Below, one piece after another: positions 13,169-27,247 of a DNA stretch of 64,000 nucleotides. Source of the stretch: Octopus bimaculoides (taxonomy: Eukaryota); contig NC_068984.1 in NCBI RefSeq assembly GCF_001194135.2, positions 89,313,957 to 89,377,956 on the forward strand, in the 5' to 3' direction. The first letter of the stretch is position 1. Every line of letters starts with the position of its first letter. The position numbers and the translations under genes were made by a program. The notes under the pieces were generated by a model. That model was not told the origin of the DNA and ran no database searches. It saw nothing but the letters and a program-made list of their open reading frames with translations.

Positions 13169-15199
13169 TAATCTGTGTTTCATGTAACTTAAAAGTGAGA
13201 ACTTTCAAGTACATTTTTTTGTTTATATTAATACTATTTTATATTTATTTTCCATACTTTTATGGGTTGGAATTATTTCTTAAATCTAGACTTTTGTATA
13301 TTGTTGGTGCAATTTTTGCCGTTGTTGTTTTTTAGCCCCCAGTTCAGTCTTGATCTCTACAAACCTATTACAAAAGAAATTCCAGCTGTACCATTCCTGT
13401 CTAATATGTCCTTTCATTTTTAAGAGGGCTGATGACATTTAAGTGAATTTGGATGCCATTTCTAGCAGAGTGACTGACTGAAATGAGACACATTCAGTCC
13501 CAATTTTTTTTTTGCATGTGGAAACCCTTTCTTCAAATAGCTACTAAAGTTTGAAGTATGCATAATTGGCACATAATTGTACTTGTTGGATTAACAGAGA
13601 ATCAAGATAACAGCTATAAAAGTTCCTAAATTTGAACTCATGACCTGTGATGTGGTTAGTAGCTCAGCACATTAACTTGACATAAAGATAGGTTATATAA
13701 TATTAGAACACAGTTCTACATCATTTGTCAGTTGTTAAATAGCCAAAACTGTTATACCAAATCTTTGATTGTACCAGTGAAGGTCACATACATCTGTATA
13801 GTACTTAATACTGTGAATATTGTGTGATGCTGTGTAGTTGTAACTATAGTTAGCTCAACATAATAGGTTATAATCTGAAGTCCTATTTACTTTTGGTTGA
13901 GTGATGATGTCTAATAGTGTAGTTCCTTTTTCTTTCATCAAATTTGCTGCTATGCATTTTGTGATATGTCATATTTAATATTGATGATATGGTATTAAGT
14001 TTTTCTGAATGGTAGAAGTCACAGTACATTGAGCATTCCTAAATATTAGTGTTTTATCTTGTGGTCTTTTCTTTATCTCTTGGTCTCCAAATATATTAGT
14101 ACTGTTGCATTCTCTGAGTGTTTTTAATAAAATGAACTGTTGTACAGATACAGGTGACTGTTGAAAGAGTGTTCTGTAAGGCATGAATAGCTTGTTGATA
14201 TATTATTAGTGGAGATAGTACATGTTTTTTTTCTTGTCATTTGGGAATCAGAACTCTATATTTTGACACTATTTATTCTTGATTTTATTGTAATATATTT
14301 CCATTGTTATTCTTAATAAGACTTAACATCTTCTTCATGCAACTCTAGCAAATCTTTATGCTGTTCATGAACAGATGGTGGAATTTGGGAAATAGTTTAT
14401 GATCAAGGACTGAAAAGGTTTTGTAACATAACTCTACAATGTTTTCATTGGAGGATATTGCACTTGTTAGTGTTGCTTTCAGTTCATGTTTCATGACTGA
14501 GAAATTATATTGTATGTAGATGTAGGATGGTATGTTATTTAATTTCTGAAATGGCTTCTATAATTTTGAATTTATGTTAAGTGTAACTCTAAGGAAGTTC
14601 ACTACACTTCAGGCTGATTTGTTAGGTGTTATGAACAGTCTAAACTGTTCAACATCATAAGCTTGACATCCTTCATCCTTGAATGAGCATCCTTACCTAT
14701 CACCAACCACTTTACTAAATGTACTGGGTGCTTTTTATTGAGACACCAGTACTAGGAAGATTGTCATGTTCTTGACAAGGCAAGACTGTAAAGGGTCCTC
14801 ACTGTTCTATGTTGTCTTCATAGACAACATCTCCAATAGAGTGGGTAGGAGAGGGGTGATTGCAGTGAGAGAGGTAGGGAAAGAAGTGAGCATATAATGG
14901 AGACATCACAATGAAAATGAAACATTAATGACAGTCACATAGTTACTAGTAAGAGAGAGAGAAAGTATGAGTGATAGATGTGTGATATTTAATTTTGATT
15001 TATTTATTTTATACTCGAATTGAGGTTATACAAGAATTTCCAAAGAATACTTGTTTCAGTTTTAAAAAATTTAGTATTTCTTTTACAAATTTTGGACAGT
15101 CTAAAAGCAATACTATCATCAGAACACTTCTGTTAAATTTTAAAAATTAGTTGCAAGTAGCAATATTTTTCTGATTGCTGTATTCCTGTTTTGTTCCAG

Positions 15200-15288
15200 G
15201 TACCCAAAGAAAGGAAAAAATTCAAAATGCTTGACAGTGGAAATGATTTGACTACACAGAAAATTGTTGAACGTATTATAAGAAACAG
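15200..15288 (+). CDS. PCYT2: PCYT2 exon (VPKERKKFKMLDSGNDLTTQKIVERIIRN + AG of Arg)
   Basis: AG/GTAATG boundaries, 89 nt. DSG..LTT..IV.RII.NR motif. Confidence 0.95.
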
Positions 15289-15865
15289 GTAATGAAAAAT
15301 AAATAAAATTTTATAAAACGTTATTCTTCCATCTTAATATACCAGGGTAAGTGAGATGTGTGTAGAAAATTAGGATATTTAAGTATTGTTTAGGCAAAAG
15401 CCTTTTACAGCTAAGTGCCTTTCTTGTTGATAATCACTCAACAATGACATGGAAATAGTTAAATGAAGGCAATCAGAGTTATCTGCCTTGCTTACGAAAA
15501 AAAGTTAAAAACGTTCCTATTCACGCTGCCTGCTATTTTTTTACTTTTTTGTTATGAGTTTTATGTAAAGTTACTTCATAAGGAAGTAGCACGAGCTGTG
15601 TTCTTACACCCTAATCTTAAATCAGCCACACCATCTCATGTTTCCTTATCTTATCGAACAATTATTTTAAACATAAACAGAATAAGTTTAGTTTAGACAT
15701 CATTTAGTCTTTGGATACCTCTCATGTATTCCACTTTGTAACATGCATTCAAGTCAGATCTCTGATCTGAGGATAATTTTTTCTCTTTCTCTGATTAGTC
15801 TTTTAAGCTCTGACATGGCCATGAATGCTTCCTCTCCTCTTGTCACTGAATAGTAAATAAATATT

Positions 15866-16510
15866 CATCACCATCTTCATTTAACATCTGTTTTCCATGC
15901 TGGCATGGGTTGGTTGGTTTGACAGGAGCTGGCAGCTAAAGAACTGCCCAGATACCATGTCCATTTTAGCGTGGTTTCTACAGCTGGATGCCCCTCCTAA
16001 CACTGTCCACTTTACAGAATGTACTGGGTGCTTTTACACAGCATCAACATGGGTGTGTTTACATGGCACCAGCACCCCATAAGCCCACAAGGTTAGGAAT
16101 GCTCAGTTGAAGAGGGGTGCAGTGGGTAGCCTGTATGCAAGGACAACTACACTTTTACTTTGCTTGACATGTCTTTTCAAGCACAGCAAACCACCAAGAG
16201 TCTCAGTCCCCTGTCATCTCCTCTGTGAGTCCCAATGCCTGTCGATCCTTTCTTACCACTTTATCCCATATCTTCATGGGTCAACTCCTTCCATGTTCCC
16301 TCTACAATTAGGTTGGCACCTTCTGATGCAGCTGTCTTCATTGATATACATTACATGGCCATACCAATTCAGTCTTCTCTCTCTTGCACACTATATCTGA
16401 TGCCTCATATACCCAGCTTTTCTCTCAAGTCACTTACACTCTGTCATATACGTATACTGACATTACCCATCCATTGGAACATACTGGCTTCATTTCTTTC
16501 AAGCTTTCAC
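15866..16510 (-). mobile_element. RTE LINE 3' fragment
   Basis: Family 3' end plus the reverse complement of the ORF2 C-terminal region. Confidence 0.65.
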
Positions 16511-16949
16511 AAAAACATTGTTCAACCAGCCTGATAACATCTAGAATATTTTGTATATGACTTACTCATACACATAGAAATGTACCACACACACATAAAC
16601 AAACATGAAAAATGATTGAGTAAATATATCTATCATTTATTGTAAATAATATATTTGTAATTTGAATTTATTTGTTTATGATGTATTACAACTGGAGTAA
16701 CTCATAATGTTTTAAATGTGACCCCCAGTTTAATCTTACTAATAACTAAAGTGAAAATGAGCTGTCATGGTGTAAATAGCTGTTGAGAAAGTGGATGCTG
16801 GGTCTACCATATGAAGTTAAGTGTGTAGATAGCAGCATGTAATCTGTTATGTGAATGTTGCTTAAAATAGTTCTGTGCATCCCAATGACTGGCATATTAG
16901 TATCTTTATATCTATTAAAGCAGTATTATCATCAAGCATAAATGAGTTG

Positions 16950-18190
16950 CTTTAGAATGAAGCAACTACAAAGATATGAAACTGATAGACCAAGTTATGA
17001 TGATAATGGAAAAAGTTTTAGTACAACTGATTAGGAGGAAAATCAACTGAGATGAAATATAGTTTAGGGTATTATTGATGGTCTCTTCATAGTAAGCCAG
17101 TTGCAAGAGAAGATTTTTGCTTAGAGCATACTTGTCTAGCTAGTATAAGTTGTTCTGAAGACAGCTTTGACAGGGTGCCATGCTTTCTTGTGGATGTCTC
17201 TAACAGAAAATGTTTAGATGAATGGCTTATGAGATTGGTGCAAGACATGTACAGAGATGATGTCAGTAAAGTGAAAGTTAGCAATGAGCTCTGTGTGAAA
17301 TTTAGTATACAGGTAGGTGTTCACCAAGGCTTCTTAGCTCCCTCCTGTTTATTATAGTTCTCTAAGCTATAACACAGAAGTTTAAGATAGCTGTCCATTG
17401 AAGTTCTTAAAAGCTGATGACCTAATATTTATAGCAGAGTTTGCAGAAGATTCAGTGAAAAAATTCCAGATGTAGAAGCAAAATCTAGAATCACAGGGCC
17501 TCAGAGCAAATCAAGTGATGACTAAATTTTTGTAAAAAAGAAAGATAGAACCTTGATGCCATTTAATATACAAATATTAAATATACCTTATTTGATATAC
17601 AAAAGAGGGATAGGAATTCTGTTTGGTGTACTTGATTTGAACTGTGAGTCCACAAGGGGTTTACTGAGATCACAGGTAGGTTGACTTTGTATGCAGCAGT
17701 TGTACATGAGTGTTAACTACAAAGCACCAGTAAAATAAAATTTTTCCAATACCTAGAAGGTTTTCTGGCAACAATTGATTGTGTTCAAAACAGAATGCTG
17801 CATGGTAATAAGACATGAGCTTTAAATACAAAATTTGTACTGGATGTGCAATGTTAGTGTACATGAGTGACAAAGCATAAATGCTAAGAGAAAAACTGGG
17901 TTTAAAGAGGAATTAGAGGTAGCTTGTAAGAAAGAAGACTGCTTTGGTATGGACATGTGATGTATATAGTTGATGATAGTTGGGTAAAAAAGTGCTAAGT
18001 GACTGAAATGGAAAGAAACTATGTAAGAGGAAAACAAGGTAGAAGTAGTGAAAACTGGTCTGAGATGCTGAACCTGACAAAGATGATTTAGGAATGCCAC
18101 AAGTGGTGATATGTTGTATTGCAGGGAATCTGTCGAATCCATACAGGTATGGAAAAATTGACATAAAAATGTTGATGGTAATGCAACCTA
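16950..18190 (+). mobile_element. RTE LINE reverse-transcriptase remnant
   Basis: AFDRVP, EWLMRLVQDMY, QVGVHQG (17250-17290) and ADDL (about 17414) RT motifs with stops. Confidence 0.85.
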
Positions 18191-19082
18191 ACTGCAGATA
18201 AAGGAAGACCTGTGAGAGATCAAGATATGTTATGCCAGGAATATTACTGTCAAGCAAACCTAGACTCAAGTCTTCAGCAATACAGCAATCTTGTAATAAT
18301 TCTGTTTGTCATTGTGTTACTTAGCCCGTCAGTAACACTTTCACATGATTAAAAGAAAGAGGGAGAAAGAAAAGAGGAAGAGAGAAAAAGAGAGAAACTT
18401 TAATGACATGAGGTAGAGAGAATGTAATTTTAATGCTTTCAAGTAATTAGTTGAAGGGAAAGAGAGGAGAAAGAAAAAGAGCATACATGATGTGGTAGGG
18501 GAAACGTAATATTTATTATGTAATTAAAAAAGTTAGTTGAAAGTAGTGATATAGAGAAAGAGAGTCAGAAATATTTTTAGTAGAGGGGTGATGTTCTGAT
18601 GGTGAAGTTAAAGAAAGGCTGAGAGGGGGGAGATGATGATGGTGGTGGAGGTAGCAGTGGTGTGTAGATAATGAGGAGTATATTTTTTAAAATTGAACTA
18701 AGTTTTTTGTATTACCTACCACTTAACAGATGCACATAAGTGCAATTCCATGAAATATTCATACTTGGCTGATATATGCAATTTAACTAAAGGTTGTATC
18801 ATATGTATGGGACATTTTTTCTTATGGGAAAAATGGAAAAGTAAGAGTGAATATTATTTTATGAGTGCATGTATTAAGCCTATAAAATTGTGCATTCAGT
18901 AATCATCATATTCCAATTTCTTTCACTTTTCAATGAGTAGCAGATGAGTGACTATCTTTCCATACAGACACAACACAGGCTATGCTTTCAGGTTTTTTGG
19001 ATAAAGTTTTCAGAAATAACCCAATAGGTTTACCATTAATTCCATGAAATATTCACGAGTCCTGCTAGTAATTATAATAATA

Positions 19083-19740
19083 ATGGTTTCTAATTTAGGC
19101 ATAAAGCTAGCAATTTAGAAGAGGTGGGGGTGGTATAGTCAATACCATCAACCCTAGCACTTGGCTGATACTTTATTTTTTCAACCTTTGAAGATTGAAA
19201 AGCAAAGTTGGCATTGGTGGGATTTGAATGTAATTAGGCAGAACAAATGCAACAAAACGATTTTCACAATGTTCTAATGACTTCCAATATATAACCTATA
19301 ATAATAATAATATTAATAATAATAATAATAATCATGGTTTCAAATTTTGGCACAAGACTGGCAACTTTGGTAGAGGGGTTACATCAACCCCAGTCCACAA
19401 CTGGTACTTATTTTATCAATCCCGAAAGGATGAAAGACAAAGTTAACCTTGGTGGCATTAGAGTGTGAAAATGGACAAGATACCACTAAACATTTTTTCT
19501 GGTGTGCTAATGATTCTGCCAGCTTGCTGCCTTATAATAATTATTATTAATAATGATAATAATAGTTTCTAATTTAGACACAAGGCCAACAGTTTTAAGA
19601 GTGAGGGTTAGTCAATGCCATCAACTTCAGTGCTTGATTGGGAAAGGCCAAAGCTGGCCTTGGTGGAATTTGAACTCAGTATGTAACAAATACTATAAGG
19701 TATTTTATTTGATGCTTGAATGATTCTGCCAGTCCTCCAT
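19083..19740 (-). mobile_element. Three head-to-tail family A SINE copies separated by (TAA)n
   Basis: Copies at about 19083-19275, 19333-19530 and 19563-19740, each starting ..GGTTTC(T/A)AA.TT.GGCA. Confidence 0.7.
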
Positions 19741-19786
19741 TATAGTTAAGCATTTTTTAATTATTTTTTTTCCTAAATGAATTAAA

Positions 19787-20265
19787 NNNNNNNNNNNNNN
19801 NNNNNNNNNNNNNNNNNNNNNNNNNNNNNNNNNNNNNNNNNNNNNNNNNNNNNNNNNNNNNNNNNNNNNNNNNNNNNNNNNNNNNNNNNNNNNNNNNNNN
19901 NNNNNNNNNNNNNNNNNNNNNNNNNNNNNNNNNNNNNNNNNNNNNNNNNNNNNNNNNNNNNNNNNNNNNNNNNNNNNNNNNNNNNNNNNNNNNNNNNNNN
20001 NNNNNNNNNNNNNNNNNNNNNNNNNNNNNNNNNNNNNNNNNNNNNNNNNNNNNNNNNNNNNNNNNNNNNNNNNNNNNNNNNNNNNNNNNNNNNNNNNNNN
20101 NNNNNNNNNNNNNNNNNNNNNNNNNNNNNNNNNNNNNNNNNNNNNNNNNNNNNNNNNNNNNNNNNNNNNNNNNNNNNNNNNNNNNNNNNNNNNNNNNNNN
20201 NNNNNNNNNNNNNNNNNNNNNNNNNNNNNNNNNNNNNNNNNNNNNNNNNNNNNNNNNNNNNNNNN
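19787..20265. other. Assembly gap (479 N) hiding the acceptor and start of the last PCYT2 exon
   Basis: N run. Confidence 1.
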
Positions 20266-20319
20266 AAAAATGAAAAGGAACTGAAAATTTTAGAAGCAAT
20301 GAAAAACAATTTCCATTGA
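20266..20319 (+). CDS. PCYT2: Visible 3' part of the PCYT2 terminal coding exon (KNEKELKILEAMKNNFH*); the 5' part lies in the N gap
   Basis: The frame emerging from the gap resembles the PCYT2 C-terminus (KKEAKEL.FLEA). A pyrimidine-rich tract precedes the gap. TGA at 20317-20319. Confidence 0.7.
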   Translation, partial: KNEKELKILEAMKNNFH

Positions 20320-23300
20320 ATTTGAGTCAACCAAAAGAAAGCCTTCACTCTATAGCTTCTGCTTCTTTATTTTCTACCCTTTAACATTCAGAACATCTGT
20401 TTGGATTCAGCTAAGAAAAATATTACTTTATCTTGCTAGCAATACAATGTTTATCTTAATCACTCATCCTCTCACCTTTTTTAAACTTAATTTTTTTTTC
20501 TAGACAAACATGTATATTTATATATATGTTTAAAAAAAAAAGCACTACTATGATATATGTTTGAATATTTTTATTTATGTATGTAATTGGTTCATCTAAT
20601 TTGGCTTTTCTGGTTTTATTAATCAAATGTAATCCCTTGCTCAAATCTTGAAATAACTCATGTTTTAACATTTAAATTTATGAGGTATTTTTAATATTTT
20701 TAATATTTTAAAAAATTAGTGAATTTTGATGTTTTATGATTAAATAATACTATTTAGAAAATGAATTTTAAAATAATTTCCAAAAAAAACAAATACAGTT
20801 TACAAATGAATTCTTAAAAGGAATATTAAAATAAAACTGTTACCTAATATAATATTTAATGGTATAATATTACATGATTTTTGATATAATATTTAAATAT
20901 GATATTTAAGGCTACATTAACATTATTTATGCAATATTTTTGTTGAAACTATGTCATGAATGAAATTAGAAGGCATAAAGACATTAGTTACATATTTCAA
21001 TGATCAGACTGTATTTGGCAAAATTCTATTTGCTATTTAAGTATAAAGTGTATTTGTATGAGACGGAAAAATAGTCAAAGTATATGTACAAATTTTCTTA
21101 TTTATCTTTTCCTTTCTGCTTAATATGTGTATTTTTGTATGCATACAAGCAAGAACTTCTATTTATTTTTCTAAAAATTTTTAATAAGAGATTTAATCCT
21201 TTCAGCTAATGAACAAAAATAATTAATGTCATTTTGATCACATATTTCTAGGACTGTTATAACAGGTGTTTGTTCATCACACTCTTAATTGATGTTTACA
21301 ATATGCATAGTACATAAATTTTCCTCAGATCATTCATCTCACTACCACCTCGCTCAGCAAGACCCAATGCTGAATGGTTTCAACATCAACTTATTGTTCA
21401 GACTTCCAAAATTAAACATAATACTAACATTCATAAACATATGTAGTATATAGTTGTCAAACTAAATTTGCAATTTTCAAGGCATCTTTTCAAAACTAAT
21501 GATTCTGTAGGATTTAAAATATTTTTGCAGTTTAAATAATAGAATTATATATCATATAAAATGCTTGTAATTCAGAAAGTGTTTTAAAAATAAGATTAAT
21601 TTTGAGTGTGTCGAAATAGCTTTAGTTATTTATCCATAAGATAATTAAATTGTAGATTACTTTCGAAACTAAACAACAAAGATTTCCACTATCTTTTTAA
21701 CAGATTAGGATTAAGATACAACATTTATGGAGAGAGGAAATATTATGATGCCCATTCAATATCAGTATAATAATACTATCATTTTTTTAAAAATCAGCTT
21801 CATATAATAATTATACTGTTGTTTTATCAAAATACTTTTTAAAATCCACTGGGGCTCAAGCGTTAATGAATTAAATATACTAACAACTGTCATATTTCAC
21901 CTTCAAAGGATTGTGCTGCCAAAGTGAAATAAAGTGGCTTTAACTAATGAGACCAGACAACATTCAGCTTGTCTCTCTTTCTGTCATGCTCTTATCCTTG
22001 AAATAGACTTTAAATAAGATTGAATATGTTTGTTTATCACTACTTTTGTAGAAGACTTTCCTGCCATTGCACTACACAACTGGAATCAATACAAGTTTAC
22101 TAGTTTCAACAATATTATAAAATATAAATGCTTTTATTAAATATCTTAATTTTTAAATAGTTTAACATTTCCAGTTTTAATTTTTTTTTTTTTCTATGAT
22201 TGGAACTACTGTTCAATTGTTTTATTGTCAGCTTGACCCCTAATTTTTGCATACATAAGCTTAACCCTCAACTCTTGAATACATTCTTTGTTTCTAATTC
22301 ATTAACATTAAATATAGAAACTAACCAATAAATCTCATACAGACTTCAATGCAGTGTCTATCAATTTTTAAATGAGTTTTCTGTACCTGACTGCTAAATG
22401 TCATTAAGCATAGCTGTTAACATTGAAATCTACTTTACAAATAAGATTGTGTTAAAGACCAGGCTAAGCTATATAAGAACAGGATCCTTGAAGATTATTT
22501 CAAAATGGACTAATTAAAGACATACTGTGGAACATAGAGATACACATAAGATGACATTGATAGTACGGATACTTCAACCAGTCTATAAATAATTTTGTTG
22601 GTTCTAAACACTTTCTTCTTTCTAAAATTCCATATTCCTATCCCGTCCCATATATTCAAACTCTTTGTAATAAACAAGGTTTCATGTATTTTACTTCATG
22701 CTTTTCTTTCACCCAGTGGTCATTCAATATCAGGACTATAATACCAATATAAATTATGAAATTAGCTTAATATAATTATACTGTTTTATAAATATACATT
22801 GAAAATCCACTGGGGCTCAAAAGTTGAAGAGTTAAATTATCCATTTCAACTTTATCATTACAGACTATTTCATATGCAAATGTTTTCGATGCCTTATCAA
22901 ATTTTTGTGAAATTATATATATATATATATANNNNNNNNNNTATATATATGCACACACATACACACAGATATGTGTATTTTATTTACATTATCCATAAAA
23001 ATCTATAAATCTGACTTGGAGACCACCTGTTTAAAAGGTCATCAAAATTTTGTCTTTGTATATTGAACAGCTTGATTGCTCTAAATCTGTCATGTTTTGA
23101 GCTTTGTGCGTGTTTTTCTGTTTTTCCATCAGAAATTATATTGTCTCAAATTACCATTTTCAATTGAAAATATATAATTCATGTAAAATACTAATTTTTT
23201 CAAAAATATTCAATTTGTTAATAATAAATGTCCTTTATTTCTCCTTTTAAGAAATTGAAATGTAAAGTTTCTTTTTTATTATGACTCATTAGATTTTTTT

Positions 23301-24349
23301 AAAAATATGAATGTTTATTTTTTAATATTTTAATTGAAAAATAAGCAATAAATTTTTAACTCATTTAATGAAGCTCAACGTGGGAAATTTTTAAGGAATA
23401 TATTTCTGTAATATAAACTGGTGAATTTTTAAAAATTAAATCTGGCCCCTAGAAAATGTTAATGATGCACTAGAATTATTTAGTTTTAGCTTTGTAAGTC
23501 ATTGAATTGTTCTTTAATGAATACCTTCTCTAATTTCAGAAGATAATTTCATTTATTTTTTTATTTTTACTAGTTTATCAGTTAGACTGCAGTGCTGCAT
23601 TTAAGGGTTTTGTCCAATCATAAATCATTTCACTACATTGTATTTAGCGAGTACTTTGTGATAAGCTAAGTTTTCTTCAACAAAATTATATAAGATATTT
23701 TATGTTTAACTAGGCTTTACATCTTAGAATTAGTCTTTTCAATTTCCTTTATGTAATGGTTAAATTTAGTTGTAAATTTCTTTTAAATTTTGAAATTATT
23801 TCTTCTGTATCTAGATGTGAATATGAGACATAATAAGTACTTATTTATTTATCTAAAACTGTTTGTTTGTAATTTTGTTTTGAACTAACTTACCTCACTA
23901 TATTAAATTTTTGTTTTTTTACTATTTCATTTTTACAATCTGAGTTTGATTTTAAACTTTTACCCCTTCCTAGTTGAAGTTATCACGACTAGTTGCATAA
24001 TAGTTAAAACTCCATCTCTGTGTTTGATAGTGTTGTTAGGAATGTTAATATTTTTCCTTCTCCCACTATTATTATCTCAAAACAATTCTGGTGCAATACC
24101 AATAGTTTTTTTTTTTTGTTTTATTTTTAATTAAAACAAAGTTGACTATGTAACAAAAAAGTTTGTTATGGTTGTTTACTGTTTACCCATTTTTAACATT
24201 GTTATTGTCTTAAATTATATAAATTTGGAAATAAATTCTGGACAAAAATCTGTTGTGCATTCATCTTTTATAGGGATAAGCATTCATCTGAAACTCAATG
24301 CCAATGATCAATAGAATTTTTGATGACTTATAGAAACTTTAGTGAAACA

Positions 24350-24395
<46 letters not shown>

Positions 24396-24399
<4 letters not shown>

Positions 24400-25361
24400 A
24401 GAACGACCGTGCGAACCAAAAGGAGAAATGGTGACGAATGGAAAAACAGGCTCCTTTTTAAAATGCGTCACACGGTCGACACAAAATATAATGTTATATG
24501 TTATAATACTATAACATAGAGAAATAAGAAGTTTGCCAGGAAGGACAAGATAGGACTCAACCGATAAAGATGAATAACGGTAAGATTTATTGGAGCATTA
24601 AACTGTATGTTTGTGTGTGAGTGAATGCGACATAATGAAATACAATACAAGACAGGCCATCATGTAAACAAAAGAGTGTGTGCAAGTAATACATGTATGT
24701 GTATGTAAGAGTTACAGAGTATATTTAAGAGTCAGTAACACGGATAAGGAAATACCAGTTCTGTTGAGGTACACAGTTAGATTGTAGGTCTGTATGTAAG
24801 AAGTTAAGGTTAAGGCAGAGCTGTCACTCGTCATGATGTTGGGGCTTCTATGCCGGGCCGGATTCTTGAATACAGATGTTCTTCGCAGGCTGAATTCTGG
24901 CTGTTATTTCATGGTGAGCAAATCACACAAACAGGGTTGAGAAGCTGCGGTGGTTGTTTGGTAGCTGTTGGTAGCTTGTGTACGTGCAGAAGTCATGTTG
25001 AGGCTGGTAGTTGTAGTTGAAGTGGTTGTTGATATCGTCGCTGGAACTGGCTGGTTGGTTGGTGCTGTGTTACGCGTGTGTGGTCAAACGACCAGATCTT
25101 AGAAGATCTGAGCCGCAACAAATTGGCGGGTATCTAGCAGGCTATTTATAGATACAGATAGGCTCCAGAGAAGCATCAGAAGAACACTCTCACGTGACCT
25201 TATTAGGGGCTACGGTTGGTCGATTTGCGTCCTGGCTCAAACGGTGTGGAGACAATTGCCGCCCAAATAATAGTCAGTCAGGTGATGACAGGGAAAGAGA
25301 TGTTCTCTGCTACGCTCGCATTTGTTTGTATATAATGGTGATAGAGGTTAGTTTCACTACA
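24396..25361 (-). mobile_element. Solo LTR (966 bp) inserted in a (TA)n microsatellite
   Basis: TGTA...TACA termini with (TA)n on both sides. Minus-strand TATAAATA at about 25142-25149 and AATAAA at about 24586-24591. CpG-rich relative to the flanks. Confidence 0.7.
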
Positions 25362-25372
25362 TATATATATAT

Positions 25373-25430
<58 letters not shown>

Positions 25431-25778
25431 AATAAATCATAAATCTGAAAGGGAAGTACACTGTAAGTTATAGAGCAGTAGAGTATATAGTAAAGATAGA
25501 TATATCTTTATCTATCTATACACACACACATAGGTATAGCTCTAAGGAATCAATAAACTTATTGGGATCTACTACTATTGCAGAATACATGGCTAAATGG
25601 ATTGAGTATCAGAAAATCAGCATCCACCAAGAGTTCAGTAGTTTGTGGATAACCATAACATATTGTGACACAATACCAAAGTTATTTTCAGTTGGTGTTC
25701 CTGCTAAAAATTGGTATTGCCTGCTACTTCAAGCAGCAAGAGCACAGTAAAAATGTTTCATTATCTTCTAGAGCTGAG

Positions 25779-25981
25779 TTAGCCCTTTTGCATTTAAACT
25801 GACCATATTTGGTCTGAATATTCTATGTGTTTTACGTTCAAACTGGTTAGATCTAGCCTCTGACACCTTTCCTACAATATCATTCTGAAAATAAAATCAT
25901 ATCACCAAAATCTTCAAGTTAAGGATAATTTATGATAATTCAAAATAATTTTATAGAGTAATCTGAATGCTAAAGGGTTAA
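25779..25981. mobile_element. piggyBac-like MITE
   Basis: TTAG-CCCTTTTGCATT ... AATGCTAAAGGG-TTAA. A second copy lies at 33991. Confidence 0.7.
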
Positions 25982-27247
25982 ACTCCTCCAGATTGGAGAG
26001 AGGTATGCCTCAAATTGATTTGATGCATGTAAGTTACATGATGAAAGTTTTCAGTGACACCTGTGTGACCCAAAGGATTTAAGCAATAACTACACCGCTG
26101 TTACTAATGACTATGTATTAAATATTAAGCCTTTTCTGAATTTCATTTATATCATTCTTATGTTAACAAAATGAAAATGTGTAAGGTAGAATATAAGCAT
26201 GTTGCACATCATACTATGTTCACCAAATAGAGTAATGGTTAAACTCATAGGAAAAAGGCATGACTAAGTCTTTTTGGATAACCAATAGCTTTGCAGTTAT
26301 TGTGAAGTATATTATTCTTAATTGATAGCTGGTCAGCTAGTTTCTTCAAAATCATTGACAACAATAACCTCATAGAGACTAAGTTAAAGACTACCACTTT
26401 AAAAATCTCTGCAAGGAGGCTATGGTAACAATTCAAAGATTGAAGAGGGCATGAATCTAAAATTTATTTACTATCTGTAGCATAAATTTTATGAAGTGAA
26501 ACTGTAGTCATGGTCATTGCCAGTGTCATGTAAATGACACCCATGGAATTATAGTTGTGACCATTGATGGTTACCAGCTTACCAGTTCCAGTCAAACCAT
26601 TTAATCCATGCCAGCATGGAAAGAGGATATTAAATGATGATGATGATGATGATGCCAATGAATTGGTCTTGTACCAGTCTGATGACATTGACTTTATTGT
26701 GGTGAAAAATAGGGACAGTCAATGATTACAAAATAGATACCTGGTAAGTAATGTGCTTCCAAAATGAATTAAAAACTATTAAAGTTTACAATGAAAGTAG
26801 AACCACAATTTGAGTATGTACTAAAATCTGACTGAAGGCCTGCTCCCATACAGCACTAACAAATACTTGATTTGAGCATTTCTACAATGAAGAAAATCAT
26901 TTTTGTTTAGAGAGCTTTGGAACAGCTACAGAAGGTAAGAGATAGACTATGGAAAAACCGAAAAAAAAAAAAAAGGAAAACAGCCAGATGGAATGATAGA
27001 TATCAGGTATACAAGCTAGAGAAGTGTAGAGTAGCAGTTTTATTAGTAAGATTTTTGATTCCTTAAATTTGAGAAGTATGAAATACCTAGATGTGTAAAG
27101 CAGTGGTACAAAAGATATGAAATAGTATGAATTATGTATAATAATAGTCAGTGACTATGAAAAAAAGTATGTTGATTTAGGCACGTTAACTGTGAACAAG
27201 AATAAAGAATTACAAATGTGTCACTATTAACAAAGAAAATGCAGGTG

